Assembly: GCA_027491075.1 (NCBI GenBank)
Contig: JAIXWX010000016.1
Span: forward strand, 22,582 to 86,581
Source: Flavobacteriales bacterium
Lineage (GTDB): Bacteria > Bacteroidota > Bacteroidia > Flavobacteriales_D > Sanyastnellaceae
Reading direction: 5' to 3'
Length of the DNA stretch: 64,000 nt
Shown here: piece by piece, positions 1 through 8,924 of the stretch
Layout: each line of letters opens with the position of its first letter
How positions within the stretch are numbered: position 1 is the first letter of the stretch
Program-made: the position numbers and the translations under genes
The notes under the pieces: generated by a model
Told to the model about the DNA's origin: nothing
The model's database searches: none
What the model saw: the letters and a program-made list of their open reading frames with translations, nothing else

Positions 1-2
1 GT

Positions 3-872
3 AAAAAACAAAAAGATCTAACCCAACAAGAACCATTAAAAGAACGATCAGCCACTTACCTTCTAAAGCGTTACGAGCGAAATAAACTCGACTATGGTTG
101 GGTAGGAATGAAGTTAGATGTGGAGCTCAGATCACTTGGCGAATCACAAGGCTTCAAAGCCAATATTCGCATGAGAAAAGACAGTTGTGTTTGGATATCT
201 ATCTCTCCTGCTCTTGGAATTGAGGTCTTCCGTGTCCTAATTACCCCCGATTCCCTAAAGTATATCTCCAAAATCCCAGATAACAAATACTATTACACAG
301 GACGATTCGAGGATATCAACGAGGTTGCCAAGGTGGGACTAGATTTCGATATGCTCCAAGACCTGCTAATTGGAAATGCTATTGGGTTAGAGAAAGACGA
401 GGGCAAATTCAGATCGAATATTGACGGTCAGCTGTATCAATTGACTTCTCGATACAAAAGAAAAGTGAGAAGAATGGTCGGGGTCGATGATCGAAAACTT
501 GACCCAAACGACACCATCATTGTCAACCCAAATGATCCAAAATACCAGCGTTCCGTGCGAAAGGCGGACGAAGATGATATCATCGTTAGTCGTTATTGGC
601 TGGATCCTAATTCATTTAAACTTATTAAGTCGGTATTCAACGACCTTATCAATCAGCGCACACTTGAAATTAACTATAGTGGTTTCAAAACTGAGGAAGA
701 AATTCTCTATCCTTCTAATTGCATCATCGATATTCGCAATGTAGGACAGCAGCAACAAATCGAATTTGAAATAACTAGAATTGCGCTCAATAAAGCCTAC
801 GATATACCGTTCGAAATTCCCGACGATTTCGAGCGAAAAGAGAAAATAAATGAAGAAAAAGAGCGTCAATAG
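3..872 (+). CDS. DUF4292-like (LolB-fold) lipoprotein, 5' end cut by window edge
   Basis: Frame 3 is open from nt 3 with no stop before the track ATG at 108, so the listed 254-aa ORF is only part of the gene. The sequence resembles the DUF4292 family (recognised by eye). In Bacteroidota that family normally sits directly upstream of an M23/EnvC-like gene, as it does here. It overlaps the next CDS by 23 nt. Confidence 0.65.
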   Translation, partial: KKQKDLTQQEPLKERSATYLLKRYERNKLDYGWVGMKLDVELRSLGESQGFKANIRMRKDSCVWISISPALGIEVFRVLITPDSLKYISKIPDNKYYYTGRFEDINEVAKVGLDFDMLQDLLIGNAIGLEKDEGKFRSNIDGQLYQLTSRYKRKVRRMVGVDDRKLDPNDTIIVNPNDPKYQRSVRKADEDDIIVSRYWLDPNSFKLIKSVFNDLINQRTLEINYSGFKTEEEILYPSNCIIDIRNVGQQQQIEFEITRIALNKAYDIPFEIPDDFERKEKINEEKERQ

Positions 873-2169
873 AAATTTAGCCCTGCTGGTTATTGCTTGC
901 GCAGCAATGTTTTTCTTCGTTTTCTCCGTCTCTACAACTATCGCTCAATCAAAAAAAGAGGATCTTCAACGCCAACGGGACGAGATCAATGAAAAAATTG
1001 CACTCACCAAAAAACTCATCAAAGAGTCTGAATCAAATCAAAAAGTAACCAGTAGTCAGCTCGCTATTCTCAATGAACAACTAACATACAGAGAGCAGTT
1101 GCTCAAAAATATCAATAGAGACATTTTCACCATCGATGGAGAAATCGGCCAAAAAGAAAACAACGTCCATAAACTAAATGGAGAGCTCGATCGATTGAAA
1201 AGTGAATACGCGAGAATGATTGTACAAGCCTACAAAAATCGTTCTTCGTACGATAAAATGATGTTCATTTTTGCATCAGACAACTTCAACCAAGCATATA
1301 GAAGATGGAAGCTCACCCAGCATTATGCGGAGGTTAGAAAAAAGCATGTGGCTCAAATAGAGAATACCAAAGTAAAAATCTCAGAGAATATTTCGCTTCT
1401 TCAACTCAGCAAAGAACAAAAAGAACAGCTTGCTTTTGCTAAAGAAAAAGAGAAAGAAGAAATTTCTTCTGATAAAATAGAAAAGCAAAAAAAATTAACT
1501 TCTCTTCAAAAAGAAGAAAAAAAGTTGAGAGAACAGCAAAAGAAACAAGAGGCAGACAGAAAAAAACTTTCTGCCAAAATCGAAGAAATAATTCAAAAGG
1601 AAATAGCCGAAGCACGGCGTAAAGAAAGAGAAAGAGAAGAGGCTGAAGCAAAGAAAAGAGAAGCCGCCGGTAATACTGGTGTCAAGCCTCCTTCAGAAAC
1701 CACTAAAAAAACAACTCCCTCTGCCGCGCCAGAAGTTCTAGCTTTAAATGCAGACTTTGAAAAAAATAAAGGCAATCTTCCTTGGCCCGTACCATCAGGA
1801 ATAATTACCCAGCGATTTGGAAAACATCCACACGCAAGTTTGGCAGGAATTGAAGTAAACTCTAATGGAGTGGATTTCACTTCGGATAAAGACGCTGCTG
1901 TATTAGCTGTTTTCGAAGGAAAAGTAACAAGTATTTTCACTATTCCTGGCGCCGGACAAAACGTAATTGTGACCCACGGTACTTACAAAACAGTATACTC
2001 TGGACTTAACAACGTCAACGTTTCCATAGGAGATAAGGTGGCCATCAAACAAAAGATTGGTACTGTGCTCTTCGATGGAGAAGAATTTACACTTCACTTC
2101 GAGATTTGGAAAGTCAATTCAGAAGCTGGCGCTGCTCAAAACCCAGAGCTATGGCTTAAGCGCCGATAA
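850..2169 (+). CDS. EnvC-like murein hydrolase activator (coiled coil + degenerate LytM/M23 domain)
   Basis: It has a hydrophobic N-terminus and about 250 aa of K/E/Q-rich coiled coil. The C-terminal LytM fold reads GVDF...VTHGTYKTVYSGL...FTLHFEIW. The metal-ligand positions are substituted (NGVD instead of HxxxD, TLH instead of HxH). Confidence 0.85.
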   Translation: MKKKSVNRNLALLVIACAAMFFFVFSVSTTIAQSKKEDLQRQRDEINEKIALTKKLIKESESNQKVTSSQLAILNEQLTYREQLLKNINRDIFTIDGEIGQKENNVHKLNGELDRLKSEYARMIVQAYKNRSSYDKMMFIFASDNFNQAYRRWKLTQHYAEVRKKHVAQIENTKVKISENISLLQLSKEQKEQLAFAKEKEKEEISSDKIEKQKKLTSLQKEEKKLREQQKKQEADRKKLSAKIEEIIQKEIAEARRKEREREEAEAKKREAAGNTGVKPPSETTKKTTPSAAPEVLALNADFEKNKGNLPWPVPSGIITQRFGKHPHASLAGIEVNSNGVDFTSDKDAAVLAVFEGKVTSIFTIPGAGQNVIVTHGTYKTVYSGLNNVNVSIGDKVAIKQKIGTVLFDGEEFTLHFEIWKVNSEAGAAQNPELWLKRR

Positions 2170-3036
2170 GCCTCGATTGCCTTGCAACCCACCTGAGTGA
2201 ATAGCCAAGATCCTTGACCGCTGGCTAAAATGTCCCTCTTCAATAAGGCCTTCTAAAGCCATCATCATCTTTCCTGTGTAAACAAAATCCAATGGGATTT
2301 CCGAGTGCGCTATAAATTGAATCAGTTCCGGATCGTACTTCGCATATCCGCCCCGATGATGGTTATCATAGACCAACACGTTTTCCATTTGCTCTTTGGC
2401 CGCGTCTCTATCCATGAAAAAATATTCTAGTTTTCGGGTTATTTCTTCCTTCATTCCGCCACCTTTTAAGGCGCTTATCACGTGTAGCCTTTGTCCTTCC
2501 GAAAGGGTGAGCGCAATTCCCGCAGCCATTGTTCCCGTTCCAGCGGCACAAAAAATATCCGTGTAACGCTTATCTTCTGCGTCCAATATTTCCATGCACC
2601 CGTTGACACCTAAGTAATTTGCTCCACCCTCAGGGATAACATATACTTCACCAAATCGCTCTATCAACCACATTTTGAACTCTTCGGTTTCTTTTTCCGC
2701 ATAAAACAACCTGGATACATAGTGCACTTCTGCGCCTTGTGCGCGAATGTCTCGGATCATATCGCTCTCTTGGACAGAATGATCGCCCCGAACAATGGCG
2801 ATCATCTGCAATCCTGCCTCTTTCACAGCATATGCGGCTGCATGAAGATGATTACTCCACGCTCCGCCAAAAGTGACCACTCTTTTAAGACCCTTAGAAT
2901 GCGCGTTTTCAATGTTGTATTTGAGCTTAAAAAGCTTGTTGCCGCTCACCACAGGATGGATTTTGTCCAACCGTTTCACCATCACTTCGATATCTCCCGG
3001 CCAGCGTGAATACTCCATGGTGGCAAATGTCAACAA
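2149..3036 (-). CDS. PLP-dependent ACC deaminase / D-cysteine desulfhydrase family enzyme
   Basis: It carries VSGNKLFKLKY (the family GNK PLP-lysine motif), TFGGAWSNH and a C-terminal IHSGG. The 3' end overlaps the convergent upstream gene by 21 nt. Confidence 0.8.
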   Translation of the reverse strand: MLTFATMEYSRWPGDIEVMVKRLDKIHPVVSGNKLFKLKYNIENAHSKGLKRVVTFGGAWSNHLHAAAYAVKEAGLQMIAIVRGDHSVQESDMIRDIRAQGAEVHYVSRLFYAEKETEEFKMWLIERFGEVYVIPEGGANYLGVNGCMEILDAEDKRYTDIFCAAGTGTMAAGIALTLSEGQRLHVISALKGGGMKEEITRKLEYFFMDRDAAKEQMENVLVYDNHHRGGYAKYDPELIQFIAHSEIPLDFVYTGKMMMALEGLIEEGHFSQRSRILAIHSGGLQGNRGLSALKP

Positions 3037-3097
3037 TATCTTGAATAAACTTTTTTTTTAGTGGGTTGTTTATTAAAAGGTTTTTCAAATTTGTGGC

Positions 3098-3289
3098 GTG
3101 GTGATGAAAGAAGAAAAAACCTCTAACGAAAACAGCTACGATCCCCAAGCAGACTATTATTATAGTCCTGAGGGTTATATTGTATTCACGGAGAAATATC
3201 ATTTGAAACGAGGATACTGCTGTCAAAGCGGCTGTAAACACTGTCCTTATGGTTTCGATAAAAAATCGGGGCGCTTTCTTAAGAAATAA
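3098..3289 (+). CDS. small Cys-rich protein, DUF5522-like
   Basis: The 63-aa ORF carries the cluster CCQSGCKHCPYG that I associate with the DUF5522 family. It sits divergent from the ACC-deaminase-like gene. The start could also be the second ATG at 3104. Confidence 0.55.
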   Translation: MVMKEEKTSNENSYDPQADYYYSPEGYIVFTEKYHLKRGYCCQSGCKHCPYGFDKKSGRFLKK

Positions 3290-3360
3290 TTCTATTGCTT
3301 CCCAAGATTTGAACCCATGTTATTAATGGTGTACATCTCTTTTTAATATTACTTTGTCTC

Positions 3361-5424
3361 ATGATTACATCCGCTGCTTCACTTACTGCTGAAGATCTCC
3401 GCGCTTCGATTTTGGAAGGAATTCCTTCTTTCCTACCAGAGTTTCCTTCTTTTGACCCAACGGTGAATCGCGCACCGAAAAGAAAAGAAATTCTCACAGA
3501 AGAGGAAAAGATACTCGCCTTAAAAAATGCGCTTCGTTATTTTCCGGAACATCTGCATGAAGCACTGGCCGCCGAGTTCGCGTCTGAATTGAAGCAATAC
3601 GGCCGTATCTACATGCACCGTTTTCGACCGAATCAAGAAATAAAGGCAAGACCCATATCATGGTATCCTGCAAGATCACAACAAGCCGCTGCGATCATGT
3701 TGATGATTCAAAATAACTTGGATCATGCGGTGGCACAGCACCCTTATGAACTCATTACGTATGGTGGAAATGGCGCAGTTTTTCAAAACTGGGCACAGTA
3801 TCGCCTTACAATGAAATATTTAGCCGAAATGACCGATGAGCAAACACTTGTGATGTATAGCGGTCATCCACTAGGTCTCTTCCCCTCTCACAAAGATGCC
3901 CCGCGCGTAGTGGTAACGAACGGAATGATGATTCCGAACTATTCCAAACCAGATGACTGGGAAAAATTCAATGCTTTGGGCGTTACGCAATATGGACAAA
4001 TGACTGCTGGCTCTTACATGTACATCGGGCCGCAAGGCATCGTGCATGGTACCACCATCACCGTAATGAACGCCGCTCGCATGGTGCGCGCCAAAAGAGG
4101 CGATCTGTCCGTACAAAATTTACCTGCAAAAGGACTCCTTTTCGTAACTGCTGGTTTAGGAGGAATGAGCGGTGCTCAACCTAAAGCAGCAAACATCGCC
4201 GGTTGTGTTTCCATTACCGCTGAAGTAAACCCAAAGGCGGCTTATAAAAGACATGATCAGGGCTGGGTGGATGTGATTACGGAAGATTTAGAATTTCTTG
4301 CCAAGGAAGTTAAAGCAGCTTTGGCTGAGGAAAAGACCATTAGTTTCGCTTACGTAGGAAACATTGTAGATGTTTGGGAAAAGCTATACAAGGAGAATAT
4401 TCAAGTAGACTTAGGAAGTGACCAAACTTCCCTTCACAATCCCTGGGCTGGAGGCTATTATCCAGCAGGGCTTTCCTACGAAGAAAGCAACCACATGATG
4501 GCAAATGATCCAAATCTATTTACAGAGAAAGTAAAGGGATCATTAAGAAGACATGCTGATGCAATCAATCAACACGCAGCCAGAGGAATGTACTTTTTTG
4601 ACTATGGAAACGCATTCCTTCTCGAGTCTTCTCGAGCAGGTGCTGATGTTATGGCTGCTGATCACATCAACTTCAAGTATCCAAGTTATATCCAAGACAT
4701 TCTTGGTCCGATGTGCTTTGACTATGGATTCGGGCCGTTTAGGTGGGTGTGTACTTCTGGCAAGCCAGAAGATCTTGCCGCCACCGATAAAATTGCGGAA
4801 GAGGTTTTGGAGAATCTGAAAAAAGAAGCACCGTTGGAAATTAAACAACAAATGGCCGACAACATTCAGTGGATTAAAGAAGCGAACAACAATAAACTGG
4901 TGGTGGGCTCACAAGCCCGAATTCTTTATGCGGATGCTCTCGGGAGAATGATGATTGCGAAAGCTTTCAACGACGCGATCAATGCCAGCAAGATTGGCCC
5001 TGTTGTTCTTGGAAGAGACCATCACGATGTTTCTGGAACAGACTCGCCTTATCGCGAGACATCCAATATCTATGATGGTTCAAGATTTACTGCAGACATG
5101 GCAGTGCATAATTTCGTGGGCGACGCATTCCGTGGAGCCACATGGGTAAGCCTGCATAACGGCGGCGGTGTTGGATGGGGAGAAGTAATCAATGGTGGAT
5201 TCGGAATGCTCCTGGACGGATCTCAAAGCGCAGAACAAAAACTTCTGAGCATGTTGCATTGGGATGTGAACAATGGAATCGCTAGAAGAGCGTGGGCCAG
5301 AAATAAGGAAGCGCTGTTTGCAATAAAAAGAGCCATGCAGGCTGAGCCAAAACTACAAGTTACGGTTCCTCATATCGTGGATGATCATGTTTTGCAGTCA
5401 GCACTGAAAAATAATCTTCTCTAA
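3361..5424 (+). CDS. hutU: urocanate hydratase, long (UROC1-like) form
   Basis: The 687-aa protein contains NALRYFP, TYGGNGAVFQNW, GLGGMSGAQPKA and LHNGGGVGWGE, all typical of urocanase. No hutH or hutI gene is adjacent. Confidence 0.95.
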   Translation: MITSAASLTAEDLRASILEGIPSFLPEFPSFDPTVNRAPKRKEILTEEEKILALKNALRYFPEHLHEALAAEFASELKQYGRIYMHRFRPNQEIKARPISWYPARSQQAAAIMLMIQNNLDHAVAQHPYELITYGGNGAVFQNWAQYRLTMKYLAEMTDEQTLVMYSGHPLGLFPSHKDAPRVVVTNGMMIPNYSKPDDWEKFNALGVTQYGQMTAGSYMYIGPQGIVHGTTITVMNAARMVRAKRGDLSVQNLPAKGLLFVTAGLGGMSGAQPKAANIAGCVSITAEVNPKAAYKRHDQGWVDVITEDLEFLAKEVKAALAEEKTISFAYVGNIVDVWEKLYKENIQVDLGSDQTSLHNPWAGGYYPAGLSYEESNHMMANDPNLFTEKVKGSLRRHADAINQHAARGMYFFDYGNAFLLESSRAGADVMAADHINFKYPSYIQDILGPMCFDYGFGPFRWVCTSGKPEDLAATDKIAEEVLENLKKEAPLEIKQQMADNIQWIKEANNNKLVVGSQARILYADALGRMMIAKAFNDAINASKIGPVVLGRDHHDVSGTDSPYRETSNIYDGSRFTADMAVHNFVGDAFRGATWVSLHNGGGVGWGEVINGGFGMLLDGSQSAEQKLLSMLHWDVNNGIARRAWARNKEALFAIKRAMQAEPKLQVTVPHIVDDHVLQSALKNNLL

Positions 5425-5484
5425 ATAACAAGCGAGTCAGCTCAACCATTTGTTACGACAATTCATGTCGTATAATTTCCCATT

Positions 5485-5513
5485 GGAAACGTTTTAATAA
5501 GTCAAACGTTTCT
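5485..5513. promoter_or_regulatory. inverted repeat GGAAACGTTT-N9-AAACGTTTCt (candidate operator)
   Basis: The arms at 5485-5494 and 5504-5513 are complementary at 9 of 10 positions. Each arm contains the palindromic octamer AAACGTTT. Confidence 0.35.
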
Positions 5514-5648
5514 TACAAGAATTGTGTTCAGTACTTTTGATGCCTCAATAAGGCATCCTCTCTGTATAATCAATGGAGTCTATTTTATATGAAACAAACA
5601 GCATAATGTTACAAATGACTGAGCACAATAAATTAATGAAACATTTTT

Positions 5649-5677
5649 CACAACCAACACTCCTGTTGTGCTTTTTT
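5649..5677 (+). terminator. terminator-like hairpin CACAAC-N10-GTTGTG followed by CTTTTTT
   Basis: A 6-bp stem is followed by a T6 run. It lies 225 nt after the hutU stop and 98 nt before the tetR-like start, so it is not immediately adjacent to any CDS end. Confidence 0.35.
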
Positions 5678-5714
5678 ACAACCCGATTCCGTTGATTTCA
5701 CTGGATTTTTATTA

Positions 5715-5743
5715 GGAAACATTTTTTACTCAAAAACGTTTCC
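5715..5743. promoter_or_regulatory. 29-bp inverted repeat GGAAACATTTT-N7-AAAACGTTTCC, candidate TetR operator
   Basis: The 11-nt arms have one mismatch. The repeat is centred about 45 nt upstream of the TetR-family ATG and ends 17 nt before the -7-like box. Confidence 0.45.
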
Positions 5744-5759
5744 ACATAAAAAACCTGAT

Positions 5760-5767
5760 TATATTTG
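5760..5767 (+). promoter_or_regulatory. Bacteroidota -7 promoter box TATATTTG (TAnnTTTG)
   Basis: This is an exact match to the TAnnTTTG consensus. It ends 7 nt before the ATG at 5775. Confidence 0.4.
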
Positions 5768-5774
5768 CCGCGAA

Positions 5775-6386
5775 ATGGAAGAAAAAGAGAAGAAAATAGT
5801 TGAGGGGGCGATGAAAACCTTCATGCAATTTGGAATCAAAAGCGTGAATATGGATGACATGGCTCGTCACCTGGGTGTTTCAAAAAAGACCATCTATCTT
5901 TTTGTTTCGGATAAAGACGAACTCGTTCAAAAGGCCATTGACCTGCACTGTGAAATTGAAGACGCGCAAATAGAAGAAATCTGTTCACGAGGTCTCGGCG
6001 CCATTGATGAGAGTTTAGAAATTTTCAAAACCATCATTGAGTTGCTTCAAAATCTGCATCCTTCAGTAGCGTACGACTTAGAAAAATACCACCCAGAAGT
6101 TTCCAAAAGACTTATGCTAAACAGAAACGATGTCGTTTATGGCTGTATGCTCAAAAACATTCTGAAAGGTCAAAAAGAAGGAGTTTACAGAAAAGACTTC
6201 GACGCAGAAATTATAACTAGAATGTATCTATCCCATGTCAATGCGATGATCGATCCCCGTCTATTTACCCCTGGTCAATGGAAGCTTTCTCAAGTATACA
6301 AAGAAGGATTCATCTACCACATTCGAGGCATTGCCAATCAAAAGGGTTTAGAAGAATTAAAAGAGAAAATCAAACACATTAAATAA
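5775..6386 (+). CDS. TetR/AcrR family transcriptional regulator
   Basis: The N-terminal HTH reads FMQFGIKSVNMDDMARHLGVSKKTIYLFV. The protein is 203 aa and the gene is the first of the efflux cluster. Confidence 0.9.
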   Translation: MEEKEKKIVEGAMKTFMQFGIKSVNMDDMARHLGVSKKTIYLFVSDKDELVQKAIDLHCEIEDAQIEEICSRGLGAIDESLEIFKTIIELLQNLHPSVAYDLEKYHPEVSKRLMLNRNDVVYGCMLKNILKGQKEGVYRKDFDAEIITRMYLSHVNAMIDPRLFTPGQWKLSQVYKEGFIYHIRGIANQKGLEELKEKIKHIK

Positions 6387-6401
6387 TATCAACTAACACA
6401 C

Positions 6402-7775
6402 ATGTACACACTATTCAAACCATCAGCACTCGCAGAAAAACTGAAGTTTCTGCTGCTGACGCTCCATGTAGCTGGGCTCTGGCTTGTCGTTCCTATTACG
6501 AGTAGGGCTCAAGAATCTTCTCCTTTGTCGCTCGCCGAGGCGCAAGCATTTGCGGTAAAAAATGCTCTGCAAGTAAAAAACGCGAGCTATGATGCCGAAG
6601 TAGCCAAACTTACTTCTGATGAACTTCTAGGCATTGGACTGCCGCAGGTTTCCGCCAGTCTGCAATATCAAAACTTTATAACCCTTATCACACAAGTTGC
6701 AGATGGCGCTTTATTCGGCGCTCCCGGTCAAGAGGTACGTTTTCAATTCGGATTGCCACACAACATGACTGCAAGTTTAACCGCTAGTCAAATCCTGTTC
6801 AATGGATCTTGGCTCGTTGGTCTTCAGGCGAGCAGGGCTTATGCAGATCTTCAAAAGAAAAACATGTCCAAGTCTGAAATTGAGGTAAAAGCGGCAACCG
6901 CACAAGCATATCACCTTGCTCTCTCGCTGCAAGAACAACTCAAATTCACAGAGCAAACGAGAATGGTCCTCAATCAAATGGTCGACGAAACATCTGCTTT
7001 ATACTCAGCTGGCTTCGTTGAAGAACAAGACGTTGAACAACTACAACTTTCTCTCAACGAAATCTCCAACGTTATTTCGACCTTAAAAGCCAACGTTAGA
7101 CTATCTGAAATACTCCTGAAGTTTACCATCGGAATGCCTCTGCAGCAAGATATTACTTTAACCGACACAGTAGAGTCCTTAATGAATCCAGGCGATGTAA
7201 TGTCTGTCTCGTTTACTCCTGATAAAAATATTGATGTAATGCTTACTACAAATGCATTGCGCATGCAGGAACTCAATCTGAAGAATAAAAAAGCCGCGTT
7301 TCTACCGAATGCTGCTCTGTTCTACAATCTTCAATCACAGGCTTTCCGTCAGGAATTTGATTTCTTTGACACCTCTAAACAATGGTTTGCACCGCAGCTT
7401 TGGGGGTTCACCCTCAACATGCCTATTCTATCAGGGGGAACAAACATGAAGTCTGTCCAAAAAGCAAAAGTGGAAGTACAAAGAATGAAAGATACTGTTG
7501 AAAACGTAAAAAGCGCTTCCCTATTGGGATACGAACAAGCAAAGACAGAATATGAAACAGCACTTCAGTCGGTAAATCTCTCCCAGCAGTCTTTAACTCT
7601 GGCACAAAAAATACTCGATAAAACAAATATTAAATTCAAAGAGGGAATTGCCTCTAGCATGAATGTGAGTCAGTCTACATCCCAAGTACTGAAGGCGCAA
7701 ACAGATTTAGCAAACGCTAAAAGAAGCCTTCTCGATGCCACTGTTAAACTAAAAAAATCGCTCAACATTCTCTAA
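6402..7775 (+). CDS. TolC-family outer membrane efflux protein
   Basis: It has a signal peptide and two tandem OEP-type helical repeats. It sits between the TetR regulator and the adaptor subunit. Confidence 0.9.
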   Translation: MYTLFKPSALAEKLKFLLLTLHVAGLWLVVPITSRAQESSPLSLAEAQAFAVKNALQVKNASYDAEVAKLTSDELLGIGLPQVSASLQYQNFITLITQVADGALFGAPGQEVRFQFGLPHNMTASLTASQILFNGSWLVGLQASRAYADLQKKNMSKSEIEVKAATAQAYHLALSLQEQLKFTEQTRMVLNQMVDETSALYSAGFVEEQDVEQLQLSLNEISNVISTLKANVRLSEILLKFTIGMPLQQDITLTDTVESLMNPGDVMSVSFTPDKNIDVMLTTNALRMQELNLKNKKAAFLPNAALFYNLQSQAFRQEFDFFDTSKQWFAPQLWGFTLNMPILSGGTNMKSVQKAKVEVQRMKDTVENVKSASLLGYEQAKTEYETALQSVNLSQQSLTLAQKILDKTNIKFKEGIASSMNVSQSTSQVLKAQTDLANAKRSLLDATVKLKKSLNIL

Positions 7776-7794
7776 TCAAAGATAACTACTCATT

Positions 7795-8913
7795 ATGAAA
7801 AAGATATTCCTCCTTTTCACCGTTGGCGCAATACTCGCAGCATGCGGTGGTGATCAAGATCCAAAAGCAAAACTCGCTGCTCTTAAAACACAGCAAGAAG
7901 AAATCAATAAACAAATCGAAGCGCTAGAAAAAGAGCTCGCCCTCTCTGACACGACTTCTTCTAAAAAAATCAAAGACGTAATTGTGACATCGCTTACAAC
8001 TTCTCCATTTGTGCAATATATAGATGTGCAAGGAGTGGTTGACGCTGACGAAAGCGTTGATATTAGACCCACTATGATGGGAAGCGTGACAAAAATCTAT
8101 GTCAACGAAGGAGATATAGTAAAGTCCGGACAACTTCTTGCCGAGCTAGAACACGATGTCTATATCAAGCAAATTAAATCACTCGAGCCACAGCTTTCCG
8201 CAGCTAATGACATGTACAACAGACTAAAAAAACTTTGGGAACAAAAGATTGGTACCGAAGTGCAGCTTATACAAGCAAAAGCTCAGAAAGAATCTATAGA
8301 GAAACAGATTGAAACGTTACAAGAGCAAGTTGAACTTAGTAAGATAAAATCTCCTATTTCGGGAACAGTTGATTATGTAGGACTAAAGCTTGGCCAATTC
8401 GCTACCGCCGCTGCTATGGAGCCCGCATTTCGCATTGTAAATATGGGCAAATTAAAAGTTAAAGCCAATATCGCTGAAGCTTATGTAAGCAAAGTGAAGA
8501 CTGGAAATGAAGTTACTCTATTCATTCCAGATCTCAATAAATCCTTGCCCTCTAGGGTGTCCTTTGTGGCGAAGGTAATTGACCCTCTTACCAGAAGCTT
8601 TATCACCGAAGCTGCTTTGAGTGGCGAAAACAACCTCTATCACCCGAATCAATTGGCAATCATGAAAATCATTGCCTACAAAAATGAAAATGCCATTAGC
8701 ATTCCTATCAATCTCGTACAAAACTCAGGCACAGAACAATTCGTCTTCATTGCTACCAATGAAAACGGCAACAAGATTGCGAAAAAACGCACCGTCAAAG
8801 TGGGTGCGGTATATGAAGGAAACGCTGAAATCGTCGAGGGTCTCGCGGCAGGAGAAATGATCGTTACAACCGGCGCATCAGACCTCGCAGATGGGTTGCT
8901 TATTAATTTCTAA
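7795..8913 (+). CDS. efflux RND periplasmic adaptor subunit (HlyD/MFP family), lipoprotein
   Basis: It has the lipobox ILAAC, a coiled-coil hairpin, and lipoyl/beta-barrel segments (ISGTVDYV). Confidence 0.9.
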   Translation: MKKIFLLFTVGAILAACGGDQDPKAKLAALKTQQEEINKQIEALEKELALSDTTSSKKIKDVIVTSLTTSPFVQYIDVQGVVDADESVDIRPTMMGSVTKIYVNEGDIVKSGQLLAELEHDVYIKQIKSLEPQLSAANDMYNRLKKLWEQKIGTEVQLIQAKAQKESIEKQIETLQEQVELSKIKSPISGTVDYVGLKLGQFATAAAMEPAFRIVNMGKLKVKANIAEAYVSKVKTGNEVTLFIPDLNKSLPSRVSFVAKVIDPLTRSFITEAALSGENNLYHPNQLAIMKIIAYKNENAISIPINLVQNSGTEQFVFIATNENGNKIAKKRTVKVGAVYEGNAEIVEGLAAGEMIVTTGASDLADGLLINF

Positions 8914-8924
8914 TCCCGCCAGCC

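Noticed and set aside
5573-5695. A 40-codon ORF (MESILYETNSIMLQMTEHNKLMKHFSQPTLLLCFFTTRFR) lies in the hutU-tetR spacer.
   Set aside because: It has no recognisable features. It spans a terminator-like hairpin in AT-rich sequence, where such frames arise by chance.
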